Origin: a virus | Lineage: Duplodnaviria; Caudoviricetes | IMG/VR virus record: IMGVR_UViG_3300043104_000334 | Reading direction: 5' to 3' (one strand) | DNA length: 64,000 nucleotides | Part shown: one piece after another, positions 59,114-64,000 of the stretch | Numbering within the stretch: position 1 is the first letter of the stretch | Layout: each line of letters begins with the position of its first letter | Made by a program: the position numbers and the translations under genes | Notes under the pieces: model-generated | The model's database searches: none | The model's input: the letters and a program-made list of their open reading frames with translations, nothing else | Told to the model about the DNA's origin: nothing

Positions 59114-59464
59114 CTATTTATTCAGCAGACTACGGTACATTATCTCTAATGTAGTAAGCCTTCTGTTGTCATCGACTGATGGATTTACAAACGTACTTGG
59201 TGAGTATGTAACAGCATCTAAGAATCCATTCTTAGAGATAGACCTGACAAGCGCTGATGCTGTTTCTTCATTTGTAACAATACAAATGTCAAGCGCTTCA
59301 TCATAAGCTGCGATAAAATGTACAACAGCCGGAAATGTATAATCGGACACTTCTTCCAACTTACATGTGTCATCGTAGACCGTAAGCTTTTTGTTTATGT
59401 ACACACCAGAAATTTCATAAGCCGCTAATTTCTGCGTATCATCATTCCTTAATAGTATTCTCAT
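59114..59464 (-). CDS. Hypothetical protein
   Basis: 116 aa with RBS. Confidence 0.6.
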   Translation of the reverse strand: MRILLRNDDTQKLAAYEISGVYINKKLTVYDDTCKLEEVSDYTFPAVVHFIAAYDEALDICIVTNEETASALVRSISKNGFLDAVTYSPSTFVNPSVDDNRRLTTLEIMYRSLLNK

Positions 59465-59485
59465 ATAGTTGCCCTCATCCCTTAA

Positions 59486-59914
59486 TTATTCTGCATTAGT
59501 GAGTTCGTTTATTGTATCAGAGTCGCCAATATATTCATCATCGACATATAGCATTGCATAGAACTTATCATCAGTTATCCAGAAACTAGCATATGCATCG
59601 TTATCAAAGATTAGCATACCGTTTACTGTATTATCATCGTTGCTTTCTCTAACATTAGATATTTGCACAAATGAGTATCCATAAAGTGAGCTAACATTGT
59701 TTATGAAGTCACTAACATCCTGTCTGCCTTTTATGGAATCAGCCTCTAAACTATCGTAATAATTGAATGTGTCTGTTGTGCTGTCTTCACTTGATATGTA
59801 TGCATCATATGTATTTTTATACTCACAATATTTGTGGTAGCATATGACTATAGCAATTATATTAAGTACCATAAGGATACCCAATATAACTAGACTCTTG
59901 TACTTGTCTTTCAT
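59486..59914 (-). CDS. Small membrane-anchored partner of 59911-60777
   Basis: TM followed by YDAYISSED; ATGA-coupled. Confidence 0.7.
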   Translation of the reverse strand: MKDKYKSLVILGILMVLNIIAIVICYHKYCEYKNTYDAYISSEDSTTDTFNYYDSLEADSIKGRQDVSDFINNVSSLYGYSFVQISNVRESNDDNTVNGMLIFDNDAYASFWITDDKFYAMLYVDDEYIGDSDTINELTNAE

Positions 59915-60777
59915 ACGTAAGACCCCCTGACTATCTTTACAATCTTACCCTTCCATTCTGGATGGCATACAGATGTTCCAGGATTACCGTGCCATGAACC
60001 TGTACCACTTGGATACCATGTAGGAACACTTGTATTGTTTTTGTTTACGAGAAACTCTATTGTATTCATAGTGTCTGCACTCGCTTCATGTCCCCATACT
60101 GTCCAGTTGCTATCACCACTACTTTTTATTTCACCCACTACACATGGTATTATTACAGTGCCATTAGACGTCTCAACATAAACATCAATTGTCTGTCCGA
60201 CATCAGCTATGCCACCATTATCAATCCATGATACTGCAACAACATACCTACCATCAACGACACCAAACCCTTCATCATCAAAAGCTGTTACATCACCGAT
60301 CGTACTATCCCAATTAGGATATTTACTTTTTCGCCATATGTACTGTGGGGATGATTGACTTGTTATCATCTGCCAACCCATATACGTATAACAAAACTTG
60401 CTGTAAGGACAGCTACTAAAGTCTATTGTATCACCATCTACGATAAGTTTGGTGTCACCTGAACTAGATTCAGTAGTACCAGCTTCCGCAGTAGCTGTAT
60501 CAATATCTTCCTGTTGTATATCACTACTACTTGAGGTAAGTGTCAATGTTGTAGTTCCATCAGCATTTACCGTAACATAGAATAATTTCTTATTAAATCC
60601 ATTCTTTGAACTAGTAGGCTTACTCGTCAATGACGTGTACTTTTCGATTAGAGTGGAGTCTTTCACCTGTATGGAGCAAACTAAAGCAATATATGCAGCT
60701 CCTAATATTAAGACTAATAATACAAGCCTTATTAAAATAGGAGACACTTTATGCTTTCCATTATTTTGATTATTCAT
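59911..60777 (-). CDS. Membrane-anchored putative cell-wall hydrolase (3D/DPBB-like C-terminus)
   Basis: N-terminus shared with 57837-59105; GRYVVAV..VGQTIDV..IPCVVGEIK..IEF. Confidence 0.55.
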   Translation of the reverse strand: MNNQNNGKHKVSPILIRLVLLVLILGAAYIALVCSIQVKDSTLIEKYTSLTSKPTSSKNGFNKKLFYVTVNADGTTTLTLTSSSSDIQQEDIDTATAEAGTTESSSGDTKLIVDGDTIDFSSCPYSKFCYTYMGWQMITSQSSPQYIWRKSKYPNWDSTIGDVTAFDDEGFGVVDGRYVVAVSWIDNGGIADVGQTIDVYVETSNGTVIIPCVVGEIKSSGDSNWTVWGHEASADTMNTIEFLVNKNNTSVPTWYPSGTGSWHGNPGTSVCHPEWKGKIVKIVRGSYV

Positions 60778-60848
60778 ATTTGTACCATAGAATGCAATGC
60801 ATTTCCTTTATACGCAATTGAATAGACTATTTAACAATAACCTACTCA

Positions 60849-60869
60849 ATAGGGAGAAATTCTCCCTAT
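60849..60869 (-). terminator. Hairpin overlapping the VirB4-like stop codon
   Basis: ATAGGGAGA / TCTCCCTAT. Confidence 0.5.
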
Positions 60870-62950
60870 GAACCGGACATAACATTTTTCTCTTTTACCG
60901 GTGTATTTACTTTATACTTCTTAAACTTGCCATCATCGTTCTTTTCAACCTCGACCTGAATAATAGGATAAAGATTCTTGTTCTGCATATTGTTAATAAA
61001 CACAAAACAGTTCTTGTACCTGTTTGAACTTCCGGGTATCTTTATGTGGTCCTCGAGATGCTTAAGCCCAAACTGCTCAATAACAACTTTACGTGCATCA
61101 AGCGTAAGCTCACCAACAAACAGTCCTCTTGTATTTTCAATAAGAGGCTTGGCAATTTCACTATTCTGCAATGCCTGTACTGAATTACCCAAGAGCAAGG
61201 TATCCTGATTCTGTGACCGTCTAAGCGTATACTCCTGAACGTACATCTTCATGATTTCATCAGAAACAACCTGTGACTCTTCAAGTATTTTAAATGTACG
61301 CTTACCCTCAGCATACTTTCTTGTTGTGAACTCACCATTAAGCTTTGACATATACAGAAACTTAAGTCGGAATAAATCCTCATCAATGTCTGAAATTGTT
61401 GCATCTCCAAGGATACCAAAGTCAAATGCTAATGTGTCACTGTGCAGGATTTTGGCGTAATCAAACTCACGCTTAAACACATAAGACTTTGAACCTGTTG
61501 CAGACATAAACATCCTGAGTGTTCCGATAACAGTCTTATGAATGTTATACTGAGCACGCTTCTGTGGAGTAAGGTATTTCTCAAACCTATCAAACACTTC
61601 ATAAGGATTCAACGATTCCGTTGTGTTCCATGAGTTCATGTTTGTAGGTATCGCACCAATCGAGATGTACAATGTATCCAAGAATTCATCAAGCAATTCT
61701 TCAAGTTCAAGAAGCGTTTCTCTATCCCGAACACCAGATAAGATAATCATCTGTTCCTTTGAGAACTTTACTCTTGATTTGAAATAGGCTTCTGCATTAT
61801 CCTGCGATGTATCTTCCTTGTGCATAACGAAACTGTTGATATACTCAGTTGACATAGGACGCAATGATACTGTATAGCCATTTGTAGCGTTGATGAAATT
61901 GGTATACTCATTACCTTTAATATCCATCATAACACAAGCAGAACCATTTTCATAAGCTGACTGTGCCATATTCATTGCGAGGACAGTCTTACCAACACCT
62001 GATGGCGCTACACAATACATATTACGTGCAACAGTTATCTCACTAAAGTCAATATAGTAAGGCGTACCATTAAGCACATTCTGTCCGACATAATATCCTG
62101 TCTTATCGTTGTATGAGCCGCAGTTGGGAACAATCTGTGACAAAATGACATTTGTTGTCATAACAGGTGTTGTACCCTTGAGGTCATAGTTCTTTCCACC
62201 AAACATTGAAATGTACTCAAGGTCACTACGAATAGAACCATGTGCTGGCATATAGATACATCCCATGGAACCAAGCATATCGAAGATAATCTTCTCTGCG
62301 TTGTTAAGGGTTTGAATATCTTTAGCCCGAACAATAAGGTACATTCGAGTGTTCTTCAGTTGTTTGCCAGACTCAGCAACTTTTACTGTATATAGACACC
62401 TCGCTGACCTTTCACGCATTCTCTTTGATGTAAGGTCAGAATCAAGGTTATTTTCCCACATGTTAATACGACTTTTTAAACCGGAATTATTAGGGTCATA
62501 ATCATAATTACTATTCTTGAATGTTGCATCAAGTATAGCTCGATTGCCCCTATCACGAAGAGCAGAGTTAAGCACTCCTAAAAGTGTAATAGGAGTGCTT
62601 GTTCCCAACTCATAGATTTGTATGATTGTTGACATGTACAGCTTTGTAACATACATGTTATTCGTAATAAGAATCCTGTCTCCGATGTTATCTGGAATCT
62701 TACCTCTGTCTTTCATCGTAAGACTAACGAGATAAGAAATCCACATCTTCACCCATAAGAATCTATCGGGCTTTACTTTGCCCTCATTACGAATCTCAGC
62801 AGCTTTCCTAACTGATTTCCGTATGTTCTTCTGAGTCTTTTCTGCGTCTACTTCGCCATACTCGTCATAGGCAACCTCAACTTTAGAAGCCTCTTCAATG
62901 TTATTACTCCTCTGCTTTGAGTCAGCCTTTAACTCATCCCTAAGCGCCAT
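60866..62950 (-). CDS. VirB4/TraE-like conjugation (T4SS) ATPase
   Basis: G..YVGQ..NGTPYYID, RNM.VAPSGVGKT, MDIKGNEY, ILEESQ, LRRS..LLLGNS. Confidence 0.8.
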   Translation of the reverse strand: MALRDELKADSKQRSNNIEEASKVEVAYDEYGEVDAEKTQKNIRKSVRKAAEIRNEGKVKPDRFLWVKMWISYLVSLTMKDRGKIPDNIGDRILITNNMYVTKLYMSTIIQIYELGTSTPITLLGVLNSALRDRGNRAILDATFKNSNYDYDPNNSGLKSRINMWENNLDSDLTSKRMRERSARCLYTVKVAESGKQLKNTRMYLIVRAKDIQTLNNAEKIIFDMLGSMGCIYMPAHGSIRSDLEYISMFGGKNYDLKGTTPVMTTNVILSQIVPNCGSYNDKTGYYVGQNVLNGTPYYIDFSEITVARNMYCVAPSGVGKTVLAMNMAQSAYENGSACVMMDIKGNEYTNFINATNGYTVSLRPMSTEYINSFVMHKEDTSQDNAEAYFKSRVKFSKEQMIILSGVRDRETLLELEELLDEFLDTLYISIGAIPTNMNSWNTTESLNPYEVFDRFEKYLTPQKRAQYNIHKTVIGTLRMFMSATGSKSYVFKREFDYAKILHSDTLAFDFGILGDATISDIDEDLFRLKFLYMSKLNGEFTTRKYAEGKRTFKILEESQVVSDEIMKMYVQEYTLRRSQNQDTLLLGNSVQALQNSEIAKPLIENTRGLFVGELTLDARKVVIEQFGLKHLEDHIKIPGSSNRYKNCFVFINNMQNKNLYPIIQVEVEKNDDGKFKKYKVNTPVKEKNVMSGS

Positions 62951-63042
62951 AAATATAGCCTCCTTCAAAAACAATTCTTAGCTGAATAATCCAATAGCAC
63001 TGTGCTCATCTCATCAGCAAATTCGTATTCATGTTCTAAGCT

Positions 63043-63657
63043 TCATAAAGCTTCATCAAATTCTTTAATGTCTAAGTTGCCAGCCAGAATATGATTTCCG
63101 CCGACCCAAGAACTTCCATGAACTTTCACGTTTTCAGATAAACGTGCAAACTCATGTATTTGGGCGTCTTCAGAAACTTCTGCATTGTCAGAAACCTTAG
63201 CATAATCGTACACCCATGCATAGCCGGATACCTTTGCATTACCGGATACTTTTGCATGTCCAAACACAGCAGCGCCATCTGACACGACTGCTGAACCATA
63301 GACATGTGCATCACCGTCAACCAGTGTCTTGTCTGTCACATGTGCAGAATCACTGATGTATGCACTTCCCCATACTCTTGCATCACCATCAACACATCCA
63401 CCGGAAATCATAGCTTTACCACGTACTTCCGCATTACCAGCAACTATAGCATTGTCAAATACTGTTGCAGACTCGTAGACCCAGCAGTTTCCACTCTGGC
63501 TGAGATTACTTGGCGACTCAATGTATCCGCCTATATCCCCATCCATAACGTCTTTGAAATTCTTTACCGCCTGAATCTGATAGAGCGTACGATTGCCAAT
63601 TGTCAAGGTTCTGTCCTTTAATAAAACGTACTTGATATCTCCACTAATTTTACTCAT
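63043..63657 (-). CDS. Left-handed beta-helix (hexapeptide repeat) protein
   Basis: LYQIQAV..GDIGGYIES..NLSQSGNCWVY followed by (A.V.G.A.V) repeats. Confidence 0.85.
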   Translation of the reverse strand: MSKISGDIKYVLLKDRTLTIGNRTLYQIQAVKNFKDVMDGDIGGYIESPSNLSQSGNCWVYESATVFDNAIVAGNAEVRGKAMISGGCVDGDARVWGSAYISDSAHVTDKTLVDGDAHVYGSAVVSDGAAVFGHAKVSGNAKVSGYAWVYDYAKVSDNAEVSEDAQIHEFARLSENVKVHGSSWVGGNHILAGNLDIKEFDEAL

Positions 63658-63714
63658 TGCTTTGTACCTCCACTGTACAATAATTGCTATTACGTTATCA
63701 TTATTTCCTTATCA

Positions 63715-63747
63715 TTTATATATGCTCATTTTGGTATATACCTTTCA
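63715..63747 (-). promoter_or_regulatory. Putative promoter TGAA-N19-CATATATAAA
   Basis: Copy 5 of the motif, about 57 nt upstream of ATG 63657. Confidence 0.6.
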
Positions 63748-63779
63748 GTAGCATAAATTATTTTTGTGAGTTCCTGCTT

Positions 63780-64000
63780 TTATTTCTTAAGTGTATTCTC
63801 GTAAAATGCCTTAGCTGCATCCTCATGCTGCTTATAACCACTGAAGCTGAAGAAATAGGATGGAATCATCTCGTATATCATTTCCTTTTGCCAAGGTGTA
63901 AGACTGCCAAAATTCTTGTCCTCGAATAGTCCATGTACAATTGTGCATACTACACAGTCGTAAGCTTTTCTATCAGGGTACTTATCGTACTTATGATACC
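63780..64000 (-). CDS. 3' end of a hypothetical gene entering the window
   Basis: Open frame ...YHKYDKYPDRKAYDCVV...FYENTLKK*. Confidence 0.5.
   Translation of the reverse strand, partial: YHKYDKYPDRKAYDCVVCTIVHGLFEDKNFGSLTPWQKEMIYEMIPSYFFSFSGYKQHEDAAKAFYENTLKK

Noticed and set aside
63025-63055. Sixth promoter copy upstream of the VirB4-like gene (TGAA-N18-CATGAATA)
   Set aside because: Both the spacing and the -10 sequence deviate from the five good copies
167-63929. All + strand ORFs and short nested - strand ORFs in the track (e.g. 22355-22885, 46310-46747)
   Set aside because: Antisense or alternative-frame shadows of better-supported genes, with no recognisable motifs
1-64000. Jumbo phage assignment
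   Set aside because: No capsid, terminase, portal or tail genes here; beta is unsplit; Tad and VirB4 favour a conjugative element. Not excluded for the rest of the replicon.
1-64000. CRISPR array, rRNA, IS element or integrase
   Set aside because: No spaced repeats or transposase/recombinase motifs seen
1-64000. Stop-codon reassignment
   Set aside because: Long ORFs are intact under code 11, and TAA, TAG and TGA all terminate genes at sensible positions

Overview
A gene-dense, low-GC 64-kb segment in which essentially every credible gene lies on the - strand. It looks like part of a very large conjugative or extrachromosomal element (megaplasmid or plasmid-phage) of a Firmicutes/Clostridia-type host. 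It is not ordinary chromosome, and no capsid, terminase or integrase gene is visible. It contains: (i) a highly divergent multisubunit RNA polymerase cluster, with a 1345-aa beta-like gene, a probable alpha-NTD-like gene and the 5' end of a beta'-like gene missed by the ORF track; (ii) a conserved bipartite promoter-like motif TGAA-N19-CATATAT found 5 times with identical spacing; (iii) a Gram-positive Tad/Flp-like pilus locus (CpaB, CpaE-like, TadA, fused TadB-C, non-canonical pilin-like genes, a 2455-aa adhesin); (iv) replication and recombination genes (DnaB-like, DnaC-like, RNase H, CHC2 zinc finger, SSB, RuvC-like) and a tRNA-Ile2(CAT); (v) several predicted ADP-ribose-removing enzymes (3 NADAR-like, a PARG-type macrodomain, a Nudix); (vi) a VirB4-like ATPase followed by a modular array of cell-wall hydrolases, in which shared N-termini carry swapped catalytic domains and each is followed by a small paralogous membrane partner. 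All family calls come from motif recognition by eye, without database searches.
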